A stretch of DNA of 64,000 nucleotides from contig PQXC01000008.1 of assembly GCA_003194435.1 (NCBI GenBank), forward strand, positions 19,773 through 83,772. The letters are read 5' to 3'. Under the pieces are notes generated by a model. It worked only from the letters and a program-made list of their open reading frames with translations, was not told the DNA's origin and made no database searches. This DNA is from Candidatus Methanophagaceae archaeon (GTDB taxonomy: Archaea > Halobacteriota > Syntropharchaeia > Alkanophagales > Methanospirareceae). Positions 28,321 through 37,869 of this stretch are shown here, piece by piece (positions within the stretch are counted from its first letter, which is position 1; the number at the start of each line of letters is the position of its first letter). Made by a program: the position numbers and the translations under genes.

Positions 28321-28466
28321 CTATGCTATGTTATAAAGGTGCTACCCTTCCCTCCTGCTGAAGCCTGAAATAAAAAGCAAAAGCGTCAATAAAAACAAAA
28401 ACTCGCTTCGCTCAATATCAATTCCAAACCTGTTTTGCAGATCTCTTTTAACTATTTCTCCTCTAT

Positions 28467-29438
28467 TCACAGCGTCTCTATCCCAAAAGACTCCAGTAGT
28501 ATCTCCGTATTTATCTTCCCACTTGTAAACGTTTTCCCGCTTTTTATCTCGTTCACCGTTATTTCGGCAGGTGCAAACATACCAGCATCCACCTTGAAGA
28601 AATCGAAGCCGGCGTCCTTGAAGGTTCGGTAGAACGGCTTACCGTAATCCGGTGAGTTCAGCGATGGCACTTTCTTCACATATTCCTTCAATTCCTCCAC
28701 ATCTTCATACTCCACCGTGTAATACATGCGACCACAATAGATAATACAGTCGTTCGTAGAGCCCATACATTCCACATCACTGCCCACGACCGGCGAGACC
28801 GGGATGATGCCATGGGCATGTTTTATAGTGTTTATATCGAAGCCCAGAGAATCAAACTTGTGTATACCGGTCTCTATCCCTCTCGCGGATATCTGTACGG
28901 AGCCAGCGAGAGAAGCTGTTGGCACGACAACAATATACAGGTCTTCGGTGTCCACTCTGCAGTCCTCGGCTATCTTGTCTGTTACTTCTTCATCTGGTAT
29001 CGCACTGCTTTCCAGAATTAAGACCGCTTCAGTTGCATCATCCTCGTATCCTATCTTCTCGTATAGTTCACGCGGATTGAGGGATAGCGCCCTTGCAGGA
29101 CCTGAGCCCATGCCAAAGAATTTCTTCACTTTAATCCGCCATCCAGCGTATTGCGATGCCATACACGCGATTACAGGGTGGTCAGTGGTGAGCTCTAATG
29201 CCGGCACTGAGAATTTACCGAGGTCAAAAGTGCTGAATCTTATATCCGCAAGGTCTGCCATACATATACGTGCTACATATAGACCCGCTTCAAATCCTCC
29301 TTCCACTTCCACGCCCGCATCTATTATCGTTGTCCCATTATCCAGCTCCAGAATATCCACCTGCAGCTCCTCTGCGTTGTCCATCATCTCTTCAAACACA
29401 TCCAGCCCATACTCATTCACACTTACATTTATCATCAT
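28467..29438 (-). CDS. mch: Methenyltetrahydromethanopterin cyclohydrolase
   Basis: 323 aa. N-terminal [43 protein letters not shown] matches the Mch family. Confidence 0.75.
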   Translation of the reverse strand: MMINVSVNEYGLDVFEEMMDNAEELQVDILELDNGTTIIDAGVEVEGGFEAGLYVARICMADLADIRFSTFDLGKFSVPALELTTDHPVIACMASQYAGWRIKVKKFFGMGSGPARALSLNPRELYEKIGYEDDATEAVLILESSAIPDEEVTDKIAEDCRVDTEDLYIVVVPTASLAGSVQISARGIETGIHKFDSLGFDINTIKHAHGIIPVSPVVGSDVECMGSTNDCIIYCGRMYYTVEYEDVEELKEYVKKVPSLNSPDYGKPFYRTFKDAGFDFFKVDAGMFAPAEITVNEIKSGKTFTSGKINTEILLESFGIETL

Positions 29439-29568
29439 TCCTCTTCCACTCTCCTTCTCACCTTTCTATTACAATACCATCCAACCTATTTATAATGATA
29501 TGGTTATGAAGGTGATGGGAAAACTGCAGAAAGCTTTCCTTTGGTGGAGAGGCTGTCCCCTTAATCGC

Positions 29569-29931
29569 TCACCTTCGAAAAACCTCCACTCCTTCTTCCA
29601 AAGCTCTTCTTATGAAGAAATTCCCTTCTTCCTTCATCTTCTCCAGCTCCTCCTCTGTATATGGGAATACATCCATCCCTACCGGGAACCGGGAAGGCAA
29701 AAAGCGCGGTATCCGCTCCATGAAGGTCTCTTCTGATGCACTCAGTATCAGGAGTAAGTCTATATCGCTTCCTGGCACGCATTCGTCCCGAACAAAAGAG
29801 CCGAAGAGGAGCACACGCTTCACTTCTGGATGCTTTTCCTCTATCTCCTTCAGATATCTCCTGAGCGATTCTTCCACTAACCTCTTATCGAAGTATCTTA
29901 TCCTCACATTCATAATCTCCATAATCTCCAT
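29569..29931 (-). CDS. Nucleotidyltransferase (MNT/Pol-beta superfamily), copy 1; antitoxin-like
   Basis: LLFGSFVRDECVPGSDIDLLLIL is the hG[GS]x9-13Dh[DE]h motif. Confidence 0.7.
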   Translation of the reverse strand: MEIMEIMNVRIRYFDKRLVEESLRRYLKEIEEKHPEVKRVLLFGSFVRDECVPGSDIDLLLILSASEETFMERIPRFLPSRFPVGMDVFPYTEEELEKMKEEGNFFIRRALEEGVEVFRR

Positions 29932-30028
29932 CTTGCTGACTCAAGAGCATGCCGGGCATGTATCACCAACCATCAATGTTTTATTTATTTTATATCAGCG
30001 CGGCAAACTTAAGTTAGTTAATGGCAAA

Positions 30029-30147
30029 ATGAAGATAAGGGCATCGGTGCCTGCGAAGGTGATATTATTCGGTGAGCATTTTGTGGTATATAACAAACGA
30101 GCACTCGCAACCGCATTAAACCTGCGACTTTCTGTTGAAGTCTCAGA
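30029..30147 (+). pseudogene. 5' fragment of mevalonate kinase (MKIRASVPAKVILFGEHFVVYNKRALATALNLRLSVEVS) cut off at the duplication junction
   Basis: Identical to the first 39 codons of mvk at 30645; the reading frame then runs into the second duplication copy. Confidence 0.55.
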
Positions 30148-30184
30148 AAGCTTTCCTTTGGTGGAGAGGCTGTCCCTTAATCGC

Positions 30185-30547
30185 TCACCTTCGAAAAACC
30201 TCCACTCCTTCTTCCAAAGCTCTTCTTATGAAGAAATTCCCCTCTTCCTTCATCTTCTCCAGCTCCTCCTCTGTATACGGGAATACATCCATCCCTACCG
30301 GGAACCGGGAAGGCAAAAAGCGCGGTATCCGCTCCATGAAGGTCTCTTCTGATGCACTCAGTATCAGGAGTAAGTCTATATCGCTTCCTGGCACGCATTC
30401 ATCCCGAACAAAAGAGCCGAAGAGGAGCACACGCTTCACTTCTGGATGCTTTTCCTCTATCTCCTTCAGATATCTCCTGAGCGATTCTTCCACTAACCTC
30501 TTATCGAAGTATCTTATCCTCACATTCTTAATCTCCATAATCTCCAT
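30185..30547 (-). CDS. Nucleotidyltransferase (MNT), copy 2; differs by a few residues from copy 1
   Basis: Same motif. Lies in the second unit of the ~620-bp tandem duplication. Confidence 0.7.
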   Translation of the reverse strand: MEIMEIKNVRIRYFDKRLVEESLRRYLKEIEEKHPEVKRVLLFGSFVRDECVPGSDIDLLLILSASEETFMERIPRFLPSRFPVGMDVFPYTEEELEKMKEEGNFFIRRALEEGVEVFRR

Positions 30548-30644
30548 CTTGCTGACTCAAGAGCATGCCGGGCATGTATCACCAACCATCAGTGTTTTAT
30601 TTATTTTATATCAGCGCGGCAAACTTAAGTTAGTTAATGGCAAA

Positions 30645-31721
30645 ATGAAGATAAGGGCATCGGTGCCTGCAAAGGTGATATTATTCGGTGAGCATTTTGT
30701 GGTATATAACAAACGAGCACTTGCAACCGCATTAAACCTGCGACTCTCTGTTGAAGTCTCTGGTAGGGGCAAGGATAAGAGTGGCTATCATCTCTACATT
30801 GAGAATATACCCTCTTTCGGGTTCCAGATGGAATTGGCAGAAGGGAAGGCGCAGCCATTTATAAATTATGAAGGTGCATCAAGCGCTATTGCGTATGTCA
30901 GAGGCGCAATTGAGTATCTTGAATCGAAATATGGTATAGAAGGCGGTGTGGAGATGAGAATAAAATCCGATATACCGCTTTCCGCCGGCTTGGGCTCTTC
31001 CGCTGCAACTTCTGTCGCCACCATCGCCGCACTCAGGAGATATTTCGGTGTGGATAGTGATAGTGGAGAACCAACCCCAAAACTGGAAGAGATAAGGGAG
31101 GATGCACACCATGTAGAGAAGGCGATTCAGGGCAATGCCAGCTCTGTGGATACCGCTATTTCGACCTATGGGGGCTACGTAATGATAGAGAATGGAGAAG
31201 TGAAGCGCCTGAATCTACCCGCGATAGACCTGATTATAGGCACTATCGGCTGTATCCCGCTGGGTGTGAGTGTTGAGCGAATATCGGAACTGAGCCTGAA
31301 GACGAAGAAGCTCGTTGAAGCTGTTAAAACACGGAGAGAAGCATTTAAAAGCGTATTTGAACACATCTTCAACGCCTCTGACGAGCTAACAAAAGAGGCA
31401 ATCCTGGCACTGGAACAGCGTGATTTTTATCGCCTCGGCAGCTTGATGAATATAAATCATGGCTTGCTCGATGCCATAGGAGTCGTTCCTCGCCGGTTAA
31501 GTGAGCTGGTGAAGCTGTCACAGGAGTTGGGTGCACCTGGAGCGAAGGTGACAGGTGCAGGTGGTCTGGACGAGCTGGGAGGTGCAGGCTCTGTTATGGC
31601 ACTGCCGCCGCCAGGCGACTCAAATGGCGCGATAAAGATAAAAACCGCTATGGCACTTACTGGTGCACTCGCGATGGTTTTGAAGACGAACGCAAAAGGG
31701 CTGATTGTTGAATCTGTTTGA
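30645..31721 (+). CDS. mvk: Mevalonate kinase
   Basis: GHMP kinase motifs: KVILFGEHFVVY and PLSAGLGSSAATSVATIAAL. Confidence 0.8.
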   Translation: MKIRASVPAKVILFGEHFVVYNKRALATALNLRLSVEVSGRGKDKSGYHLYIENIPSFGFQMELAEGKAQPFINYEGASSAIAYVRGAIEYLESKYGIEGGVEMRIKSDIPLSAGLGSSAATSVATIAALRRYFGVDSDSGEPTPKLEEIREDAHHVEKAIQGNASSVDTAISTYGGYVMIENGEVKRLNLPAIDLIIGTIGCIPLGVSVERISELSLKTKKLVEAVKTRREAFKSVFEHIFNASDELTKEAILALEQRDFYRLGSLMNINHGLLDAIGVVPRRLSELVKLSQELGAPGAKVTGAGGLDELGGAGSVMALPPPGDSNGAIKIKTAMALTGALAMVLKTNAKGLIVESV

Positions 31722-33009
31722 AATGAGCGAGATTATCGGGAGTTATGGCTCAGGAGCAGAAACAGGAGCAGGAACAAGAGCAAGAGTCCACATAGAGACC
31801 TTTGGCTGCACTGCAAATGCCGGCGATACGCAGAAACTGCGCGCTATATTGAAGAGGAGTGGATATCAACTGGTAACGGACTATAAAAAAGCCGATTGTG
31901 TCATCGTGAACACATGCACAGTGACGAAGCGGACGGAACTGAATGTGGTGAAGCGGCTGGAGGAACTGAAGAAGCAGGGCAAGCATGTAATCGTAGCCGG
32001 CTGTATGGCTGCGGCACAGCCCGAACTGGTGAAGAGCGTTCTGGGGAAGGATACAATTATGATAACGCCTGAAGAGCTATACCCGGTTATGGATTTTGAT
32101 TTTGACAACAACTCCTCCGTGGTTGGTATAATCCCGATATCAATGGGCTGTCTCGGAGAATGCACCTATTGCATTGTGAAGAGAGCGAGGGGGAGACTGA
32201 AGAGCCTGAGTCCCGATAGGATATGCAGCGCGTTAAGGTCCGCAGTGGCGGCTGGTGTGAAGGAAATAAGAATAACAGCCCAGGATTGTGCCGCTTACGG
32301 GTTCGACCGCACGGATATGGGTATGGATATGGCTGTGAAACTACCTGAGCTCCTGCGGATGCTGACCGAAGTGGAAGGCGATTTTAGAATTCGTATAGGC
32401 ATGATGAACCCCTTCACACTACTCTGCATCATAGATGAGCTCCTTGAGGCTTTTGAATCCGATAAGGTGTTCAAGTTCTTCCACATACCGGTTCAGTCGG
32501 GCTCTGATAAGGTGCTAAGCGATATGCGCAGGAATTACAAAGTCGCTGACTTCGTAGAGATAGTGAGAAGAATAAGGAGGCGATTCCATTACTGCACCAT
32601 CTGTACAGATTTTATCGTTGGATTTCCAACAGAGGATGAGGATGATTTCCGGGCGTCACTGCAGCTACTGGAGGAAGTGAAGCCTGAGAAGGTGAACATT
32701 ACGCGATTCTCACCGCGACCGGGGACGGAGGCATCGAAACTCAAGGACATGCTGGCTCGCGATAAGAAGATGAGGTCGCGAACGATGTCGGCGATTTATC
32801 ACAGGATGGCACTTGAAGCCAATAACCAACTGATAGGAGCGGAACTACCGGTTCTGGTTACCGAACGCGGTGATAAAGGCGGTGTGATTGCCCGTGACCC
32901 ATCTTATAAGACGATAATATTGGAGGAGGATTTGCCGCCCGGTTCATTCCATAAGGTGCGTGTGAAGGATGCGAGGAGCACTTATCTGGTTGCCTCTGTG
33001 ATTTCATGA
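31705..33009 (+). CDS. Radical-SAM methylthiotransferase, MiaB/MtaB-like (tRNA t6A37 methylthiotransferase-type)
   Basis: N-terminal MTTase domain (IETFGCTANAGDT), radical-SAM CLGECTYC, C-terminal TRAM-like region. Confidence 0.7.
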   Translation: MLNLFEMSEIIGSYGSGAETGAGTRARVHIETFGCTANAGDTQKLRAILKRSGYQLVTDYKKADCVIVNTCTVTKRTELNVVKRLEELKKQGKHVIVAGCMAAAQPELVKSVLGKDTIMITPEELYPVMDFDFDNNSSVVGIIPISMGCLGECTYCIVKRARGRLKSLSPDRICSALRSAVAAGVKEIRITAQDCAAYGFDRTDMGMDMAVKLPELLRMLTEVEGDFRIRIGMMNPFTLLCIIDELLEAFESDKVFKFFHIPVQSGSDKVLSDMRRNYKVADFVEIVRRIRRRFHYCTICTDFIVGFPTEDEDDFRASLQLLEEVKPEKVNITRFSPRPGTEASKLKDMLARDKKMRSRTMSAIYHRMALEANNQLIGAELPVLVTERGDKGGVIARDPSYKTIILEEDLPPGSFHKVRVKDARSTYLVASVIS

Positions 33010-34274
33010 CCCGTGTCCAGTTCTACATCTATCACATCCAATTCCTTCACTTCCGCTTCTATACCCGTACCCAGCAAATCGCTCAGGTTCGGTCTTGTTC
33101 GTCCTCTATCTCCCGAAATTAACTCCTTTACGTATAAGCCACCATCACACTTCACTTCCAGCTCGCATGTAGAACCACCGTAGTTCAGCAATTTCATCCC
33201 ATATATTCGCCTGCTGCGTATCAAGTCCGCCCGGCGATGCACCACCCTCAAAGGTGTCCTCTGCTCTATCACTGCTCCGTCAAGCTCTTGCACCGCTTCC
33301 CTCAATTTCGACTCGGCTACAGCCCCTCTTAGCTCCACTCGCATTCGGTAGGTCTTTCTCGCATTCGCATTCTTTATCCGTGCAACCATCTCTCTATTTA
33401 CATACTTGAGATTGGTGACTTCCAATTTTGCTCTGTTCTCTTCGTTCACCTTCTCTTCTAAGGCATGCAAATCCACTCGCTGCCGCCGCTTCGGCGCTCT
33501 CAGCTCCACCACGAAAGGACGACCAGAGCCGAGCATTCGAGCATCTATGTCCTCCCTCCCACAGCCGTGCAGTATCACATCCTCCGCTCCATACACATCC
33601 ATAATAGAGCCTTTTATCAATTCCTCAACCGATTCCGCATACATCTTACCGGTGAAATTGCATCTCTCACAGCCCTTACCATGACATGCACGGCAAAACC
33701 ATCTCGTCTGCGGTATTCCCCGCCTGTACTTCCTGTATCTGCCATAGATGAACAGGGGCTTCACCTGTAACTCAACATCAAAATCACCGCTCCAAAGGTT
33801 CAATATCACAACAACTTCGGGCGTATCAAAATCCACCCTCTTTCCCGTCTCTTGCTCTATCCTCTTACCCACCTCCCTGTTCAGCTCCGCTTTCAATGGC
33901 TCGGCAAATAGTGCTCCCGCTATCTCCCACATCATTTCCTCGTTCTCCATGAGCATTCCACTCATCTTCGTACCCACGAGAAAAGTATCGTATTCATACT
34001 GTTTCAGCTTCGCCAGTGCTGCTCTTACCCACTCATCCAGATTGTCATTCTCAAATAGACCGTTGCACAGCCAGCATTTGCCGCTCTCTATCTCTTCACC
34101 AACCGCTCTTAGTATCTCTTTCAATACCTCACCGCGTCGCTCATTCGATACGCCGGACGAGACCTTCGCAAATTGCCTGCCAAGGCAGTGGTTGCAGATG
34201 GGACCGGGACTCTCGCGTATTATCTTCTTGGCTATCTCTATTATCTCCCTCTTCTCTAACTCCGCCCTCAGCAT
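32982..34274 (-). CDS. pus10: tRNA pseudouridine(54/55) synthase Pus10
   Basis: N-terminal zinc ribbon CNHCLGRQFAK...CWLC. Second Cys cluster WFCRACHGKGCERC. 430 aa. Confidence 0.8.
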   Translation of the reverse strand: MLRAELEKREIIEIAKKIIRESPGPICNHCLGRQFAKVSSGVSNERRGEVLKEILRAVGEEIESGKCWLCNGLFENDNLDEWVRAALAKLKQYEYDTFLVGTKMSGMLMENEEMMWEIAGALFAEPLKAELNREVGKRIEQETGKRVDFDTPEVVVILNLWSGDFDVELQVKPLFIYGRYRKYRRGIPQTRWFCRACHGKGCERCNFTGKMYAESVEELIKGSIMDVYGAEDVILHGCGREDIDARMLGSGRPFVVELRAPKRRQRVDLHALEEKVNEENRAKLEVTNLKYVNREMVARIKNANARKTYRMRVELRGAVAESKLREAVQELDGAVIEQRTPLRVVHRRADLIRSRRIYGMKLLNYGGSTCELEVKCDGGLYVKELISGDRGRTRPNLSDLLGTGIEAEVKELDVIDVELDTGHEITEATR

Positions 34275-34379
34275 CTCCTCTTTCTCTTATCCCAACCCTT
34301 ATTAAAATTTTGGTCGTGTTATTGTTAATGTTAAAGATGCTTTGTCTGATACTCTAAATAAGTCGAGCAATTCAATTAC

Positions 34380-35045
34380 TCATCGGTTCAGAGCGAGAGA
34401 TGCGAGAGACAAGAGCTCATTGAGCTTCTCTATGTGCATGTCTATCTCTATGTCTGTGTTCGCGCCTGATTTCGCATCCACTCCTGCACCCATGCCTGCT
34501 CCTGTTCCTGTTCCTATTCCTATGACAGTACAACCAGCGGATTTGCCTGCCTGAAAGTCACTTTCGGTATCGCCCACGAGTATCACATTCTCTGGCTTCA
34601 CTTTCAGCCTGCGACACGCCTCTATCACCATCTCTGCATTTGGCTTACCTTCGTGCACGTCATCGCCCGTGATGACCACATCGAAGTGCCTGGCGAGTTG
34701 AAAGTGCTCCAGTATCCTGGCAACGTTCTTTTTCGGCGTGTTCGTTACCAGTCCAACCTTGTATTTGTGCCTTATGCGGCTCAAGACCTCTTTCGCGTCA
34801 GGGAACAGTTCTATAAGCTCTACCAGCTCCAGTTGCTTATCTATACAATAATGCCCGGCTTCCTCATCGAGGTTCCATGCATCCAGGTTATGCCTCAGGT
34901 CTGGACCCCAGCATTTCACCCTGAATTCCTCTCTGCTTATCTCTTCTTTCCCGTATCTCCTCAGCATCGCATTAAATGCCTGGTACCAGCTCTCAAATGA
35001 GTTTATTATTACACCGTCGAGGTCGAACAGCACCGCTTCTATCAT
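34380..35045 (-). CDS. HAD-superfamily hydrolase (beta-PGM-like subfamily IA)
   Basis: Motif I VLFDLDGVIINS, motif IV VGDTESDFQAGKSAG. Confidence 0.7.
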   Translation of the reverse strand: MIEAVLFDLDGVIINSFESWYQAFNAMLRRYGKEEISREEFRVKCWGPDLRHNLDAWNLDEEAGHYCIDKQLELVELIELFPDAKEVLSRIRHKYKVGLVTNTPKKNVARILEHFQLARHFDVVITGDDVHEGKPNAEMVIEACRRLKVKPENVILVGDTESDFQAGKSAGCTVIGIGTGTGAGMGAGVDAKSGANTDIEIDMHIEKLNELLSLASLALNR

Positions 35046-35142
35046 CCGCTTACGCTTACACTTACACAGTTCTTTCTTATATTGTATTGTATGTTAGTCA
35101 TCTATAAATCTATAAATTATAGCTAAGGTTGTAACAGAGGAA

Positions 35143-35382
35143 ATGGCAACAAGAGAGGAAGATTGGCTAAGACAAGCAAAGAGAGACCTGGAGCATGCCA
35201 GGCATGCTCTTGAGGATAGAGATTATGAATGGTCTTGTTTTGCTGCTCAGCAGGCAGCGGAAAAAGCGGTAAAAGCGCTTTATCAGAAACTGGGCGCTGA
35301 TGCGAGGAAATTATCGCGTTCTGTGAAGATAAGATACTTCGATAAGAAGTTACAAATACAAAATAATTGTAAATTTCATTAA
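35143..35382 (+). pseudogene. Truncated HEPN-domain gene (N-terminal half only)
   Basis: EDWLRQAKRDLEHARHALEDRDYEWSCFAAQQAAEKAVKAL is the typical HEPN N-terminus. The ORF ends before the expected Rx4HxY region. No MNT partner adjacent. Confidence 0.45.
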
Positions 35383-35483
35383 AATGAATTGGTAATATTT
35401 AAAACAAAAGTTACTGATAAACTAACTTTTAAAAGTCTACTTTGAATTTGATTTTTAATTGTAGGGTAGTAAGGGTGTACAAA

Positions 35484-36707
35484 ATGGCTACAATCTTGGC
35501 AACGGGTTTGTGTGAAGGTGAAGATAGTGCAGCAACGGCTGAAGAGGCTGTACGGCAGGCGAAGGATAAATTGGAGAGGAGTGCCTGTAATGCAGCAGTG
35601 GATATGTCCATCGTATATTGCTCCAGCAGATATGATTATCAGGAGGTTATAGATGTGGTGAGGGAGGAAACGAACAAAGCACCCCTGTTAGGCTGCTCCA
35701 CTGCTGGTGAGTTTACAGAATGGGCGGTGGGAAATGGGGGTATTGCCGTAGGTCTGGTCTCTTCTGATGATATAAAGTTCTTCACTTCCATGGTTGAGGG
35801 TGTGAAAGAGGACCCGGAGCTCGCAGTCAGGACTGTAGCAAACGAATTTCCATCGAAATTCGACGACGGTTATTCTCATCTTTGTGCCATTATGCTCCTT
35901 GATGGGCTGGCAGGAGTTGGTGAAGAGGTTACACTGTTGGCGTCTTCTGCATTCAACCAGATATTCGGCAAGAATGTGATGCTTGTGGGTGGTGCTGCGG
36001 GAGACGACCTGAGATTTGAGACGACCACGTTATTCTCCGATAACAGGGTTGCAAGTGATGCACTCAGTGTGTGCTTGTTGGCGTCAAAGAAGCCTTTCTT
36101 CACCGGCGTACAGCATGGGCACGTACCTGTTAGCCCGCCCTTACATATAACGAGAGCGGACGGCTGTGTATTGTATGAAATAGAAGGCAGACCGGCGTGG
36201 GAGGTATGGAAAGAGCAGACCGCAGAAGCAGCACGCAGTATAGGAATAGACACCGATAAACTGGAGGAACCTGATGCCATAGGTACGTATCTAATGCGTT
36301 TTGAACTCGGTTTACCTACCAAATCCGGACAATATAAGATTCGAATACCCCTGAGTAAGAACGAAGATGGTTCCTTAAATTTCGGGTGCACTATCCCGGA
36401 AGGTGCTGTATTCAGATTAATGGAAAGTAAACAGGCATATCAGATTCAATCAGCACGAGAGGCAGCGGAAATAGCCATGATGAATGCCAATGGTAATGTG
36501 GAGATCGCAAGTGCTTTCATATTCGATTGCGCCTGTCGTAGCTTGATTCTTGGCGATGAGCTCTGCAAAGGTATAGGTCAGTTCAAATCGGTACTTGGCA
36601 ACATTCCTATGCTTGGCTGCGGGACATACGGTGAGATATGCATGGAACCAGGTCAGTTCAGTGGTTTTCACAACACCGCTTCGGTGGTCTTGCTTATACC
36701 AAAATGA
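35484..36707 (+). CDS. FIST-domain sensor protein (FIST_N + FIST_C)
   Basis: LLGCSTAGEFTEWAVGNGGIAVGLVSSDD block typical of FIST; ~408 aa. Confidence 0.5.
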   Translation: MATILATGLCEGEDSAATAEEAVRQAKDKLERSACNAAVDMSIVYCSSRYDYQEVIDVVREETNKAPLLGCSTAGEFTEWAVGNGGIAVGLVSSDDIKFFTSMVEGVKEDPELAVRTVANEFPSKFDDGYSHLCAIMLLDGLAGVGEEVTLLASSAFNQIFGKNVMLVGGAAGDDLRFETTTLFSDNRVASDALSVCLLASKKPFFTGVQHGHVPVSPPLHITRADGCVLYEIEGRPAWEVWKEQTAEAARSIGIDTDKLEEPDAIGTYLMRFELGLPTKSGQYKIRIPLSKNEDGSLNFGCTIPEGAVFRLMESKQAYQIQSAREAAEIAMMNANGNVEIASAFIFDCACRSLILGDELCKGIGQFKSVLGNIPMLGCGTYGEICMEPGQFSGFHNTASVVLLIPK

Positions 36708-36710
36708 TGG

Positions 36711-37607
36711 ATGATGAGTGAACGAGAGGAACTGGAGAGACTGGTTCATGAACAGACCAAAGGATTGAAGCAGCGTAAGCGGGTGGAAGAGATACTTAAA
36801 TATTGCATTCCTGCATCAACTCATCCTTCTATTGATATCAGCAACCTTAAACTCACTGATATAATAAATGTTACACTATTACAGGAATTACAGGACGAAT
36901 TCGCATCCTGTCATGGGGTGGCTTCGCTCATCTTCTCCGCCAGCGGTGAGCCAATAACAGAACCGAGCAACTTCAGTGAGTTTTGCACCTTGCTACGCTC
37001 AACAGAGAAAGGTAGAGCAAATTGTATGCGTTCGGATTCCAGATTGGCGAAAGAAACAGTTAAGGGTAAGCCTGCAATCACTCACTGTCAGAACTTTCAG
37101 GAGATACTCGATGGAGCAGTTCCGATATTTATTGGTGAGCAGTTTGTTGCCTCATGGGGTATCGGGCAGGTATTGACAACACCGCTCGATGAGCAGCGGG
37201 TACGTCAGTATGCGCGTGAAGTAGGATTAGAAGAAGCGAAGCTTGTGGCGGCATCGAAGAAGTTGAATCAGAATCTGATGCCACGTACTAAATTCAAGAA
37301 ACTGATAGACTTCATGGCTATACTTGCAGAGGATATCTCGCTACTTGGGCTACAGAATTTACAGCAGGCACATGTCATTGCGGAATTAGAGCAAACGGAA
37401 GAGGCACTTTATAGATATATGGAAGAGCTTGAGCGGTTCAATCGTCTGGCGGTAGGTCGCGAATTGAGGATGATAGAACTGAAGAGGGAGGTGAACCAGC
37501 TTTGTGAACGATTGGGCGAGAAACAACCTTATGACCTCTCGTTTGTGGAGGATACGCAATCAAAAAGGATAAGCGGTTTAGACGGGGTATGTAATAATGG
37601 AACATAA
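36711..37607 (+). CDS. PocR-domain sensor protein with C-terminal coiled-coil module; no output domain
   Basis: PocR-like block (VASLIFSASGEPITEPSNFSEFC...RANCMRSD...HCQNF...AVPIFIGEQFVASWGIGQV). The C-terminal RFNRLAVGRELRMIELKREVNQLCERLGEK is shared with the 39068 gene. Confidence 0.5.
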   Translation: MMSEREELERLVHEQTKGLKQRKRVEEILKYCIPASTHPSIDISNLKLTDIINVTLLQELQDEFASCHGVASLIFSASGEPITEPSNFSEFCTLLRSTEKGRANCMRSDSRLAKETVKGKPAITHCQNFQEILDGAVPIFIGEQFVASWGIGQVLTTPLDEQRVRQYAREVGLEEAKLVAASKKLNQNLMPRTKFKKLIDFMAILAEDISLLGLQNLQQAHVIAELEQTEEALYRYMEELERFNRLAVGRELRMIELKREVNQLCERLGEKQPYDLSFVEDTQSKRISGLDGVCNNGT

Positions 37608-37869
37608 ATTAGCAAACCAGCATACAGAAGAGGAATTGGAAGAAGAGGCGATAGACCTGAGGGGGGACGTATGCCCCTATCCACTGATTATGGCGATAAA
37701 AAGGGTTAGCGAAGTGGAAGACCGCTTGAGAGCAGGCAGAATCGTATTAAAATTCATCGTGGACCATCCGCCATCCACTAAATCTATTCCCCGTGAAGCA
37801 AAGAAGAGGGGGCATCAAACAGAAATAGAGAAGACGGGTGCTGCGGAATGGGTAATAACCGTAAAATGA
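37597..37869 (+). CDS. TusA-like sulfurtransferase / TsuB-like protein
   Basis: DLRGDVCPYPLIMAIKRV (CPxP motif), 90 aa. Confidence 0.7.
   Translation: MEHKLANQHTEEELEEEAIDLRGDVCPYPLIMAIKRVSEVEDRLRAGRIVLKFIVDHPPSTKSIPREAKKRGHQTEIEKTGAAEWVITVK

Noticed and set aside
29612-30352. 246-aa plus-strand ORF spanning the MNT gene region
   Set aside because: It is an artefactual read-through frame created by the tandem duplication: a truncated mvk 5' end fused to the antisense of the MNT gene. Only the first 39 codons are meaningful.
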